From a virus, in IMG/VR virus record IMGVR_UViG_3300040801_002379, positions 1 to 64,000 of that record: a stretch of 64,000 nt of DNA; one strand, given 5' to 3'. Position 1 is the first letter of the stretch. Each line of letters starts with the position of its first letter. This document shows, piece by piece, positions 32,183-40,843 of this stretch. The position numbers and the translations under genes were made by a program. The notes under the pieces were generated by a model. It made no database searches, had not been told where the DNA came from, and saw only the letters and a list, made by a program, of their open reading frames with translations.

Positions 32183-32467
32183 TCAGGCGTTGAGGGGTCC
32201 GAACTCGTGCCGCTGGAAGGGGCTCGTGCCGTCGCCCAGGACGAGGCGTCCCTTTTCGAGCCACACGTAGTTGCGGGTCTCGTAGTGCTTGAAGGCGGTG
32301 CGCTTGCCGCCGCCGGGGAGCCGCTCCATGCTCATCAGCATGAAGTCGGAGGCGACGCACTTGACGTAGTCGCCGTGCCCATCGGGGAGCGCGCGGTTCA
32401 TGAGGACCTTCTCCAGGACCATGAAGGCGACGGTGAGGCGGCGTGGGGTGATTTCGACGTTGGACAT
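32183..32467 (-). CDS. hypothetical protein
   Basis: 94-aa ORF with normal composition. Confidence 0.5.
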   Translation of the reverse strand: MSNVEITPRRLTVAFMVLEKVLMNRALPDGHGDYVKCVASDFMLMSMERLPGGGKRTAFKHYETRNYVWLEKGRLVLGDGTSPFQRHEFGPLNA

Positions 32468-32476
32468 GATGTTCTC

Positions 32477-32701
32477 CTATCCGGCCCGGAGGGCCTCTTC
32501 CTTGGCGAAGTAGAGCGCGGCGCACGTGGCGGCCGAGGCGGTCTCGAACCCACCCTTGGCCAGCATGCAGCGGCCGGTCTCGTTGTGGGTCAGCGTGAAG
32601 CCGTAGAAGCCTTCGAGCGTCGTCCCGACCTTCACTTCGAAGGGGGTGTAGAGGAAGCTCTCGGAGCCGTTGGCGGTCTTCTGGAAATTCTTGGGGTTCA
32701 T
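32477..32701 (-). CDS. hypothetical protein
   Basis: 74 aa from ATG 32701 (MNPKNFQK), 5 nt after AAGGAG. Confidence 0.5.
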   Translation of the reverse strand: MNPKNFQKTANGSESFLYTPFEVKVGTTLEGFYGFTLTHNETGRCMLAKGGFETASAATCAALYFAKEEALRAG

Positions 32702-32745
32702 GGCGTCTCCTTGCCGGCGGGAACCAACCCCCAACCGACACCTAT

Positions 32746-32796
32746 ACACTACGGCACCCCGGTCCAGATGTAAAGCAGAAAAACTCAGTTTCTGGA
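32746..32796 (-). promoter_or_regulatory. conserved phage promoter (family member 6)
   Basis: TCCAGAAACTGAGTTTTTCTGC-TTTACA-N17-TAGTGT-ATAGGTG. Confidence 0.6.
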
Positions 32797-32800
32797 TTGG

Positions 32801-33244
32801 TCAGCGGTTGTCGTACAGCTCGACACCCGCCTCGTGCAGCATATCGAGCGCCGTCTCGAACGAGTGTCGCCAATGCTCGGGGGTGTCCTCGGAGACTGGC
32901 GCGCAGACGACGCGGGCCAGGCCGGCCTGAATGATGGCCCGAGCGCAGTCCGAGCACGGGGTCCAACGGAGGTACATGGTCGCCCCCTCCAGCTTGATGC
33001 CGTGCCGGGCCGCGTGGAAGATGGCGTTCCGCTCGGCGTGCTCGGTCCAGAGGTACTTTTCTGGACGAACGTGACGCCCCTCGATGTCGTCATCGATGCC
33101 GCGGGCCATCCCATTGTAGCCGGTGCTGAGGATGACTCTGGACTTGGGCTCGACGATGACCGCGCCGACTTGGGTGCTCCGGTCCTTCGACCAGGTCGAG
33201 ACGAGGTCTACCAGCTCCAGAAACCTCAGGTCCCACTTGTCCAT
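32801..33244 (-). CDS. dCMP deaminase (cytidine/deoxycytidylate deaminase family)
   Basis: 147 aa from ATG 33244, with zinc motifs HAERNAI and PCSDCARAI. Confidence 0.85.
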   Translation of the reverse strand: MDKWDLRFLELVDLVSTWSKDRSTQVGAVIVEPKSRVILSTGYNGMARGIDDDIEGRHVRPEKYLWTEHAERNAIFHAARHGIKLEGATMYLRWTPCSDCARAIIQAGLARVVCAPVSEDTPEHWRHSFETALDMLHEAGVELYDNR

Positions 33245-33834
33245 CAGCCCCACCCGAGCCCTTTCGCTTTCGTGTGCCTCCGGGCGTCCAGCTCCCAAAG
33301 GACGTAGCGGTAGGCGACGTACCAGAGCCCTCGGCCCTTCTCCTTCGGGTTCGAGGGCCCGCCCAGGGCCAGCCAGATGGCGACCCACGGGAGGTTGAGG
33401 AGGAAGAGCAGACCGTAGCTCAGGAGCCACTGAGAGCCCGGCAGAAGGACCGGGAGCCACCACCAGGACAGCCAGCCTACCCACCAGAGCAAGGCCGTTG
33501 AGCAGGCACTGAGGGCCACTCCACCGACGAGCATCTGGATGGAGTGCCACCACTCGTGCTCGATGAGCCTGGCCGACATGACCTCCTCCTTGGTCCGCTC
33601 GTCGTTGTCGTCGACCAGGATGAAGGGCGGGAAGCTCGTGGCGAAGCCCGGGAACCAGACCCTCCAGGCGCCGATGATGAGCCCGCGGTACTGCCGAAGC
33701 TCCTCGACTTCTGGAGTGTCGCGGATGTCGACCTCGACCGGGTGCTTGAAGTTGAGCCACCCGAGGAGAGGGACAGGCTGCGTGATGATGGTCTTGAGGA
33801 TGGTCAGGGCGCTCACTTCCACCACCTCATCCAC
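33244..33834 (-). CDS. membrane protein with HExxH motif (putative membrane zinc metallopeptidase)
   Basis: 196 aa with IEHEWWH followed by Trp/Leu-rich transmembrane helices. Confidence 0.55.
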   Translation of the reverse strand: MDEVVEVSALTILKTIITQPVPLLGWLNFKHPVEVDIRDTPEVEELRQYRGLIIGAWRVWFPGFATSFPPFILVDDNDERTKEEVMSARLIEHEWWHSIQMLVGGVALSACSTALLWWVGWLSWWWLPVLLPGSQWLLSYGLLFLLNLPWVAIWLALGGPSNPKEKGRGLWYVAYRYVLWELDARRHTKAKGLGWG

Positions 33835-34055
33835 GCGCCGACCCAGATGGCCACCAGAGGCGCCAGGACGGTGATGGCACCACCAATGGCCGAGGCCCAG
33901 AGGTCGAAGCCCTCGAACCCCTCCTCAGCCAGCAGGAAGGGGAAGGCGATGCCCGCCGCAATGCAGATGAGGGTTCCGAACGTGCGGAACCCGATGTCGA
34001 GCCAGAAGCCCTTCTTCGATGTGCCCTCGCCAGGGAGGAGAATCTTGCCGCTCAT
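33813..34055 (-). CDS. small membrane protein (2 predicted TM helices)
   Basis: 80 aa from ATG 34055 (ATGA coupling). Hydrophobic stretches LICIAAGIAFPFLL and AITVLAPLVAIWVGAW. Confidence 0.5.
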   Translation of the reverse strand: MSGKILLPGEGTSKKGFWLDIGFRTFGTLICIAAGIAFPFLLAEEGFEGFDLWASAIGGAITVLAPLVAIWVGAWMRWWK

Positions 34056-34294
34056 AGCAACCCCTGCTTCTCTGCCCACCAGCTCTTCACGATGAGCGTG
34101 CCTTCGGTTCCAGAATCCCAGCATTCCGAGTCGTCGTGAACGACCGAGACGGGAATCCAGAACGCATCAGTGTCCGGAATCTGGACCGGGTCGATGTCAT
34201 CAGCGAAGTCCTCGAACGCCACCATGATGGCCTTCGGGGTGCTCGCCACGACCTTCGCCTGGCCAATGGTGAAGGGCGCGTTGCCGTCAGCCAC
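34052..34294 (-). CDS. hypothetical protein
   Basis: 80 aa from GTG 34294, which lies after GGAGGGGGAAGC. Confidence 0.4.
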   Translation of the reverse strand: MADGNAPFTIGQAKVVASTPKAIMVAFEDFADDIDPVQIPDTDAFWIPVSVVHDDSECWDSGTEGTLIVKSWWAEKQGLL

Positions 34295-34487
34295 GCTTCC
34301 CCCTCCGCTCGCGCCGCTTCCGAGCCCGCTCGATGTAGCCGCGGTCTTGCTCGGGAAGGTGGCGCAAGTCCTCGTCGGTGAGGACCTCGCTCTTCGGATG
34401 AGGCGCGGCCTCGTACTTCTCGCGGACAACGTCCAACGGGTTCTGGATGGTCTCGGTCTTCTCTTCGTTCATCTCTTCAACCTTCAT
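34287..34487 (-). CDS. small charged protein
   Basis: 66 aa. ATG 34487 overlaps the thyX stop (ATGA). Confidence 0.45.
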   Translation of the reverse strand: MKVEEMNEEKTETIQNPLDVVREKYEAAPHPKSEVLTDEDLRHLPEQDRGYIERARKRRERRGKRG

Positions 34488-35263
34488 CTCTTCTCCTTCT
34501 GGACCTCGTCCCAGGCCTTCAGGGCCTCGGGGTAGAGGTGCTCCAGGTGTTCTCTCATGGCCTTCGCGGCCTGGTAGATTTCCCACTGCGCATGGTTGTC
34601 CTCGCGGAGCTGGATGAAGGCCAGGGCGTTCCGGAGGTTCACCGTGCCGTAGAACCGAACGTACATGTTCTGAGGCAGCACCATGCGGGCCTGCTCGCGG
34701 GCAATGCCCGCCTCTAGCATGGACTCGTAGAGCCTCATCGACGCGATGACATGCTGCATCACACTCACGGTCGTCAGGCTCCCAACACTCGTGGCACCAT
34801 CAAGATGCGGGTCGCACAGTCCACTCCAGTCGCTGGCCTGCTTGTTCGACTTCGCCTGGAAGCGGTAGGCGGTGGGCTCGTAGAACCGGAGGTCCTCGCT
34901 CGTGTACCTTCTGGACACCTCGTTGTAGCTCCACGTCCGGTGTCGATGCCACTGCCCGCGGACGAACAGCGGGACGACGATGTGCCACTTGATGGTGCAG
35001 TGCTCGAACGGGCTCCAGTGCTGGTTCTTGATGAGGTAGCGGAGGAGCTTGGGGTCCTTTTCTGGACGCCATCGGCCCGGCGCATTCCACGACATGCCGG
35101 GGTCGATGGGGGTGCCATCGACCGAGAACATGTTCTGGATGTCCCCGGCGAAGCTCACCCGTGCGGCGTCGATGATGGCCTGGTCCGAGCCCATGTAGTC
35201 GACCAGCTCGATGCGGCCGTAGTCGTCGCCGACCTCTTCGTAGATGGGGATGCTGCGTCTCAT
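34484..35263 (-). CDS. thyX: flavin-dependent thymidylate synthase ThyX
   Basis: ThyX signature RHRTWSYNEVSRRY. ATG 35263 (MRRSIPIY) overlaps the upstream stop (ATGA). Confidence 0.9.
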   Translation of the reverse strand: MRRSIPIYEEVGDDYGRIELVDYMGSDQAIIDAARVSFAGDIQNMFSVDGTPIDPGMSWNAPGRWRPEKDPKLLRYLIKNQHWSPFEHCTIKWHIVVPLFVRGQWHRHRTWSYNEVSRRYTSEDLRFYEPTAYRFQAKSNKQASDWSGLCDPHLDGATSVGSLTTVSVMQHVIASMRLYESMLEAGIAREQARMVLPQNMYVRFYGTVNLRNALAFIQLREDNHAQWEIYQAAKAMREHLEHLYPEALKAWDEVQKEKR

Positions 35264-35580
35264 GGTCTTCTCCAGATGGCCTTCGGCCTCGCGTTGCAGG
35301 ACGCCATGCTGGACTTTCGGTAGGCCCCCGTCTGGACCACGACGCCGCGCTTCGCCAGCTTCAGCATCGCCGCGCCCATCGCCCGGGGCTCGCCCTTCCA
35401 CGTCGCGGGGACGTGCTTCCAGATGTCATCGGTCGTGAATTCGTGACCACTCGGGAACCCGGCGATGATGCCCTCCACGGTCCCGATGAGGTCTTGAGCA
35501 GTGACGGGCTTCGCCACCTGCTCAATCGCTTGAGCCTTCTTCTGGAGGCTCTGCATGTACTCGAACGCACGCTGGCCCAT
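35260..35580 (-). CDS. hypothetical protein
   Basis: 106 aa from ATG 35580. The track lists a GTG start at 35583. Confidence 0.5.
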   Translation of the reverse strand: MGQRAFEYMQSLQKKAQAIEQVAKPVTAQDLIGTVEGIIAGFPSGHEFTTDDIWKHVPATWKGEPRAMGAAMLKLAKRGVVVQTGAYRKSSMASCNARPKAIWRRP

Positions 35581-35735
35581 CACTCTATCTCCTCCGAATA
35601 GCGGTCCTCTCGAAGCCCGCTGAAAAGCTCGTCCATGTCACGACACCCCTCAACGTAGCCGTAGAACCTTCCGATGTAGTACCCGGTGAACACGCCGACG
35701 CCCAGGCCGATAGCCCAAGACATGAAGCCCAGCAT
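35580..35735 (-). CDS. small single-pass membrane protein (51 aa)
   Basis: Sequence MLGFMSWAIGLGVGVFTGYYIGRFYGY... TGATG coupling at both ends. It is below the ORF-track cutoff. Confidence 0.4.
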   Translation of the reverse strand: MLGFMSWAIGLGVGVFTGYYIGRFYGYVEGCRDMDELFSGLREDRYSEEIE

Positions 35736-36112
35736 CAGTTGAGGTCCTCGGGCTTCACGTTCGGCGGAAGCTGCGCACCCGCGGCCTCGACTTCCGCCTG
35801 GTCGCGAGCCCTGCCGACCTGCCGCATGATGGACTCCAGCATGGCGGTGCTCGGGTTACGGTCGCCACCTTCGAGGCCCAGGTTGTCGTACAGGGCCTCG
35901 CTCACCGCTTGGGTCTCGCAACGACGGCGGTGGACCATCAGGCGATGCTTCAGGCACTCGAAGGCGTCCTCCTGCGCCTGCGTGAGCGCGCCCTCGGGAG
36001 GCTTGAGCACCTTGTCGAGGTTCAGCTCTGTCGCGTGGAACAGCACGTGGACAGCGTCCACGAACAGCGCCGCGGGGATTCCAGAAAGCAGGATGTCGTC
36101 ATCGGTCAGCAT
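35735..36112 (-). CDS. hypothetical protein
   Basis: 125-aa ORF. Confidence 0.5.
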   Translation of the reverse strand: MLTDDDILLSGIPAALFVDAVHVLFHATELNLDKVLKPPEGALTQAQEDAFECLKHRLMVHRRRCETQAVSEALYDNLGLEGGDRNPSTAMLESIMRQVGRARDQAEVEAAGAQLPPNVKPEDLN

Positions 36113-36457
36113 TCAGTCCTCGTCTGGTCTAACGATGACGCGACCCGTCTGCGAGGCCACCACCTCGATGGTCTTCTTCGCGGCCTCGTGAGGCGCTCGT
36201 CGACACGGCTCGTCCAGAACCACCACGTTCGGGATGTGGGTCTCGGGCCAGTACGCCCGGGGGTCGTCGATGACCGCCCAGGACGCCCGCACATGGAACA
36301 TGAAGCGGAGCGCTTGGCTCTTCACCAGGGCCACCGAGACGGTCGCGCCCTCCTGCCGGAGCAGGTTCCGAACGGAGTTGGAGAGGAGCGGGTCCGACAC
36401 GAACAGAAGGACCCGCTCCCCACGTAGGCGGGGCTCAGGCTGCGACGGCCTCGTCAT
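36113..36457 (-). CDS. hypothetical protein (weak receiver-domain-like N-terminus)
   Basis: 114 aa. RVLLFVSDPLLSNSVRNLLRQEGATV resembles a degenerate CheY-like fold. This assignment has low confidence. Confidence 0.45.
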   Translation of the reverse strand: MTRPSQPEPRLRGERVLLFVSDPLLSNSVRNLLRQEGATVSVALVKSQALRFMFHVRASWAVIDDPRAYWPETHIPNVVVLDEPCRRAPHEAAKKTIEVVASQTGRVIVRPDED

Positions 36458-36935
36458 CGGCCTCAGACTCGATGGTCTGGACTTCTGCCGTCAAGGGCTC
36501 GTCTCCCATCCAGGCCTGAAACTTCTGGATGGCCTCCAGAATCGCCGACGCCGTGGCTTCGAGGTTCTGGATTGCTTGTGTGTTGGCGCGAACCTGACGC
36601 TTCAGGTCGTCTGCCAATGCCTCCAGGTCCACGGATGAGGTAGGCGCCTGCTCGGACTCCTTGGCCTCTTCGGGCTCGTCCTTGGTCTCAGGCTGAACGT
36701 TGAGTTTGCCGTTGCGTTGGTGGCACTCCATCGTCTGACACGCGGAGCCGGTCTTCGGGGGCAGGTCCGGAAACGCATCATTCAGGCGACGTGCGATGGT
36801 CTCCCACCAGTCCTTGTAGTTGAGGTTCCGACTTTTCTGGAAGAGCTTTCGCTCTTCGGCGAACTCCTCGACCAGGTTGGTCAGCTCGTCGAGTTGCTCT
36901 TGGGTCCATCGGGACCGGGTACGTGAATTTGCCAT
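36435..36935 (-). CDS. Myb/SANT-like DNA-binding domain protein
   Basis: 166 aa from ATG 36935, 7 nt after AAGGAG. Motif RWTQEQLDELTNLVEEF..W..IARRL. The C-terminus is an acidic coiled coil. Confidence 0.55.
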   Translation of the reverse strand: MANSRTRSRWTQEQLDELTNLVEEFAEERKLFQKSRNLNYKDWWETIARRLNDAFPDLPPKTGSACQTMECHQRNGKLNVQPETKDEPEEAKESEQAPTSSVDLEALADDLKRQVRANTQAIQNLEATASAILEAIQKFQAWMGDEPLTAEVQTIESEADDEAVAA

Positions 36936-37003
36936 GAAACTGCTCCTTCCATGGTGGGTTAGGGTTGCGGTCACTCGGGCACCACGTCCGAGTGTGTCTC
37001 ACC

Positions 37004-37053
37004 TTGTACGCGGGTTAGTCCAGACTGTCAAGCAAGAAAACGCACAATCTGGA
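37004..37053 (-). promoter_or_regulatory. conserved phage promoter (diverged family member 7)
   Basis: TCCAGATTGTGCGTTTTCTTGC-TTGACA-N16-TACAAG. Confidence 0.45.
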
Positions 37054-38985
37054 TTAACAAGCACGGTGGGCCCACCGCAAAGCGAATGCATCCCGCATCA
37101 GGTCGGTCTGAAACCGGTCGTCTTCGAGCCCCACGTCCCACAACGTCGCCCCCTGGTCGGCCAAGGGCAGGAGCCAGGCGTCAGGTCGGGCCACCCGGAT
37201 GCGAGTGATACCGAACGCCTGGCAGGCCCGGGCGACGTCCACGTCGGCCATCCCAGGATGCACCAGGAAGGCCTCGAACGTCTCCACGGGCTCGATGGCT
37301 TCCCGGGGGATGCAGAGGGTGCCAGTACCGAGAACGTCCGTCTTGCCCTCTTCTGCGGCGTCAGAGAAGTGATAGGGTATCTTCTCCCTCAGGAAGCTCT
37401 CGAACGGTCGGTCCGGGAGGTCTGAGGCGTGGACTCCGATGAGCGCGGACGGCCAGCGTCGGGCGGTCTCGGCCAGCTTCTGGACGTAGTCGCTCGGGTA
37501 GAGGATGTCGTCGTCGAGGGTGAAGAACAGGTCCCACCCCGACTCACCCAGCCCGATGAACTTCCCGATGTCCTTCCAGAGATTCTGGACAGGCTTCGGG
37601 GTGTGAATCTTCGGATGGTTCCGGACCCACTCGGGTAGCTCGTCGGGCTCGTAGTCGTCGCAGTGAATGGTCAGCCGGTCGACCTGAGGCAGGATGCTGT
37701 TGAGCACGGATTCGAGCTGGGGCAGGCGCCGCTTGATGGTCGCCATGCCCGCATGAACGGTCTCAGGGACCCCGCGATTGAGGAAGCCCTCGATGTACTC
37801 GGCCATGGGCGAGCCGGCCGCGACGGCCTTCTGGAGCGCGAGGACGCCTTCGTCGTCCATGCCCAGGGCGGCGAACGCCTTCGCCTGGTTCGTGTACAGC
37901 TCCCACACCTGGTAGGGCAGGAAGCTCGTCTCGTTGGCCTCGGCCTCGGGGATGAGCTTCTCGGCCTGCTCGAACGCCCCCTTGGCCGCCTCGGCCTCGC
38001 CCGCGTTGAGCATGGCGCAGCCGGCCTCGTACCAGAGGTCTGGACTCTTGGGGAACAGCTTGAGCGCTTGGATGGCCTCGTCTCGAATCTCCGTCGGAGG
38101 TCGAGGGACCTCGCCCATGGCCTGGAGCAGGTACAGCCAGGACCCTTGGGCTCGGTTCAGCTCGTGGCCTCCCTTGTCCAGAAACCACGCGATGCTCTCC
38201 TTGAGGGTCGCGATGGCTCGGTCGAGCTGGCCGAGCTGCACTTGGGCTCGGCCCAGGTAGTAGAGGTTCAGGCCGTCCCGCCGTTCCGCTAAGGCCTTCT
38301 GGAGCAACCGCGCGGTGCGCTCGTGCTTGCGCTTCTCCTTCACGACGTCCGGGGCGTAGCCCTTGTGTAGAAGCCGGAGCTGGTCCGAGGTGAAGGTCAG
38401 CAGGCCCACGCCAAGGCCCTCCAGCTCGTCCCTGAGGACCAAACGGTTGTGGATGGGGCTCTCGTACCGGATGCCCGGATGGCGCGGATACAGGCGCACG
38501 TGATGACTCAGGGACAGCCTCTCGTCGGTCTTGGGGTCGATGTCGAAGAGCGGGAGCTTGCCGAAGAGCCGGGGCCAGAGGTCCGGGCTCTCGGCCTCGA
38601 AGGCCCTCAGCTCGGCCTTGAGCCGGCCGGGCTCGGCCATGGTGCCTTCGAGGTGCTCGTCGCAGTCGATGCTGAGAATCCAGCGTCCGGTCGCATGGCG
38701 GGCGGCCTCGTTCCGGGCGGCTGAGAAGTCGTCGCACCACTCGAAATGCGCCGTGCGGACGAAAGGGGCCGCGTTGTGCGCATGGGCGTGGACGATGGAC
38801 ATGGTGTTGTCGGAGGAGCCGGTGTCCAGAAAGACGATTTCATCGACCACGCCAGCCAGCGAATCGATGCAGCGTCCTACGAACCGCTCCTCGTCCCGGC
38901 CCATGATGACCGCGGAGAGGAAGGGGGTGGCGTCCCGTGCGGGACGAGGAATGGAAGGCATGTGGGGGCTATCCTTCATGGGCAT
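37054..38985 (-). CDS. family-2 glycosyltransferase - TPR repeats - second glycosyltransferase-like domain
   Basis: 643 aa. The N-terminus has VIMGRDEE..LDTGSSDNT..DDFSAARNEA..SIDCDEHL (GT-A/DxD). The central region has TPR-like repeats. The C-terminal region has ..FFTLDDDILYP... Confidence 0.8.
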   Translation of the reverse strand: MPMKDSPHMPSIPRPARDATPFLSAVIMGRDEERFVGRCIDSLAGVVDEIVFLDTGSSDNTMSIVHAHAHNAAPFVRTAHFEWCDDFSAARNEAARHATGRWILSIDCDEHLEGTMAEPGRLKAELRAFEAESPDLWPRLFGKLPLFDIDPKTDERLSLSHHVRLYPRHPGIRYESPIHNRLVLRDELEGLGVGLLTFTSDQLRLLHKGYAPDVVKEKRKHERTARLLQKALAERRDGLNLYYLGRAQVQLGQLDRAIATLKESIAWFLDKGGHELNRAQGSWLYLLQAMGEVPRPPTEIRDEAIQALKLFPKSPDLWYEAGCAMLNAGEAEAAKGAFEQAEKLIPEAEANETSFLPYQVWELYTNQAKAFAALGMDDEGVLALQKAVAAGSPMAEYIEGFLNRGVPETVHAGMATIKRRLPQLESVLNSILPQVDRLTIHCDDYEPDELPEWVRNHPKIHTPKPVQNLWKDIGKFIGLGESGWDLFFTLDDDILYPSDYVQKLAETARRWPSALIGVHASDLPDRPFESFLREKIPYHFSDAAEEGKTDVLGTGTLCIPREAIEPVETFEAFLVHPGMADVDVARACQAFGITRIRVARPDAWLLPLADQGATLWDVGLEDDRFQTDLMRDAFALRWAHRAC

Positions 38986-39016
38986 CCCGTGCGGGATGTT
39001 GGACTAGATTCTGGAC

Positions 39017-39418
39017 TCAGGAACCGAAGCGCTGGTCGACGTCGAGTGCCGAATAGGCATCGACGGCGCCGTTGCCGACGGGACCCTTCACGAGCAGCAC
39101 GTCGCCGGGCTCGACCTCGACCGAAGCACCGGCGGGCAGGCCAGAGACGGTCGCATCGGTGCCGGTCGGAGCGCCGATGGTGAGCAGGTCCGTGACGGTC
39201 GCGACGCCGGCCGGCTTCTTGGCCAGGGTCATGACGTTCCGGGAGCCGGTGGTGCCAGCGTCGATGACGCGGGCTCGGAAGCTCCGGATGGTGCCACGGA
39301 CACCGACGACCATGGACGCGACGGTGGTGGCCGCCGACTCGCTGAAGGCCGAAACGCTGGACGCGCGAAGGCTGAGGTCCTGAATGAAGTTGGCGAATTC
39401 GCTGGGGCTGTTGAACAT
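39017..39418 (-). CDS. hypothetical protein
   Basis: 133 aa, Ala/Ser/Thr/Gly/Val-rich. GGAGAAGGAGAAAG lies upstream of the ATG. Confidence 0.55.
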   Translation of the reverse strand: MFNSPSEFANFIQDLSLRASSVSAFSESAATTVASMVVGVRGTIRSFRARVIDAGTTGSRNVMTLAKKPAGVATVTDLLTIGAPTGTDATVSGLPAGASVEVEPGDVLLVKGPVGNGAVDAYSALDVDQRFGS

Positions 39419-39499
39419 GTTCTTTCTCCTTCTCCCGGGGTGTCCGGGTGCTAGCCCGGCGAGTCTGGACCGAAGAGGGAGGGGATGTCCAGCCCTGGA

Positions 39500-39766
39500 C
39501 TATTCGATAGTGGCCCGAGCGCAGGTTCGGCCGATTTCGGTCCAGGTTCGACCCTGCTCGTGATGCTGGAGCGCTTGGCCTCGTGCCGCGATGGACGCGA
39601 TGGGCGCCAAAGCAGGAGCGCCCTGCTCATGGGCCAGCTCCTCGGCTCGGATGGCGCATGTCTGGAGCGCCTCGGCTTTCGTGTAGGTCGGTGCGGGCAT
39701 GCCGACCGCGTACGCGAGGCCCCCAATGCTCCCGAAGATGATGGTCAATGCGATTGCTGCTTTCAT
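39500..39766 (-). CDS. small secreted protein (signal peptide)
   Basis: 88 aa from ATG 39766: MKAAIALTIIFGSIGGLAYA|VG... Confidence 0.5.
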   Translation of the reverse strand: MKAAIALTIIFGSIGGLAYAVGMPAPTYTKAEALQTCAIRAEELAHEQGAPALAPIASIAARGQALQHHEQGRTWTEIGRTCARATIE

Positions 39767-39806
39767 GGTTCGTGCCTTTCTGGAAGCGCTACCAGCCTCC
39801 ATGGAC

Positions 39807-39835
39807 AGAGTACGTCAGAAGTCCAGAAACTTCAA
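39807..39835 (-). promoter_or_regulatory. candidate promoter
   Basis: TTGAAG-tTTCTGGActtctgacg(17)-TACTCT. As in the promoter family, the -35 box is immediately followed by TTCTGGA. Confidence 0.3.
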
Positions 39836-40098
39836 TCCTCATCTGGACCAAAGATGTCCACTTGAGCGCGGGTCTCGACCCACGCCTTGGCGCCGCATGA
39901 CAGGGGCTTCTCGGGTCGGCATACGAAGGTGCTCGGTCCTCGTACCTCGACCCGGGCTCCCTTGATGGGGCCTTTGCTCGTCTGGACGGTAAGGGAGTCG
40001 GGCTCGCCCGCGCGAAGGCGAACACGGTGGACATGGAGTCTCTTGATGGTGCCGGCGGGGAGCGTCTTCATGAGGTCACCGGTCCAGAACCGTCCCAC
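39832..40098 (-). CDS. hypothetical protein
   Basis: 88 aa. The GTG start is uncertain (alternative Met10). Confidence 0.45.
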   Translation of the reverse strand: MGRFWTGDLMKTLPAGTIKRLHVHRVRLRAGEPDSLTVQTSKGPIKGARVEVRGPSTFVCRPEKPLSCGAKAWVETRAQVDIFGPDED

Positions 40099-40160
40099 AT
40101 GCCGGGCATCGATTCTGGACCGGCCAAATCCAGCGAATGCAGTTGAAGCACCAGGCCATC

Positions 40161-40439
40161 TCAGAGGAACAGGAAGCCCGCGACGATGCAGGCACCGACG
40201 ACGGCCGCGATGAGGAACGCGGTACCAGTCTTGGTCGAGGTGAGGTCTTTCAAGCTCATGGTCTTTCTCCTTTCTGGACCCGAGGGTCCTACTTCGACAC
40301 CGAAGACGTCAATCTCCAGCTCTCTCGGGTCGGGCACCTTCGGCTTGGCGGGGGTCACACGGTCGCATGGGGCGTCCAGGTCCCCCGTCGTGTGATGGTA
40401 GTCGGTCGCATTCGAAGGTGTCCGACTGAAGGGTCTCAT
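40161..40439 (-). CDS. small C-terminally membrane-anchored protein
   Basis: 92 aa from ATG 40439, which overlaps the HAD stop (ATGA). The C-terminus is TGTAFLIAAVVGACIVAGFLFL. Confidence 0.45.
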   Translation of the reverse strand: MRPFSRTPSNATDYHHTTGDLDAPCDRVTPAKPKVPDPRELEIDVFGVEVGPSGPERRKTMSLKDLTSTKTGTAFLIAAVVGACIVAGFLFL

Positions 40440-40843
40440 TCCACGGGGTTCGCTTGGGGCTGCTTCGTCCAGGGCTCGAACCCGCGGACGGCCTCGACCG
40501 TGGGCCAGTTGTCGCCCGTGAACATCCAGCCCCGGTCGTCCACGTAGAGGATGGCCGGGGGCTTCTCCTTGGGGAACTTGAGCCGGTCCAGAACCGAGGG
40601 GGGCCACCCGTGCAGGATGAACCAGTCCCGCATGGCTTCGATGCCACCGGGGATGTGGGACCGAGAACTGAAGATGCACACCTCCAGGCCGGCGGCCATG
40701 TAGTCGGTGATGGCCGTGAAGGCGTCCTCGGTCGGAGGGTCTGGAATGACGGTCGCGCCCTTCCAGCCAGACGTGTAGCTGTGGACGACGCCGTCAAAGT
40801 CCAGACAGATGCGTGGGGTGTAGACGTTGAGGGTCTCGGTCAT
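40436..40843 (-). CDS. HAD-superfamily phosphatase / nucleotidase-like protein
   Basis: 135 aa with motif I CLDFDGVVH and a later YVDDRG. Confidence 0.65.
   Translation of the reverse strand: MTETLNVYTPRICLDFDGVVHSYTSGWKGATVIPDPPTEDAFTAITDYMAAGLEVCIFSSRSHIPGGIEAMRDWFILHGWPPSVLDRLKFPKEKPPAILYVDDRGWMFTGDNWPTVEAVRGFEPWTKQPQANPVE

Noticed and set aside
32801-33760. Long upstream extensions in the track ORFs 32801-33760, 31884-32741, 31591-32106, 29910-30479, 30521-31006, 57328-58398, 47546-48316, 48392-49006, 34484-35401, 25403-26347 and 5245-6156.
   Set aside because: The extensions are Arg/Pro/Gly-rich read-through that overlaps better genes in other frames. In each case an internal ATG or GTG with an SD or stop-start coupling gives a gene that tiles exactly with its neighbours.
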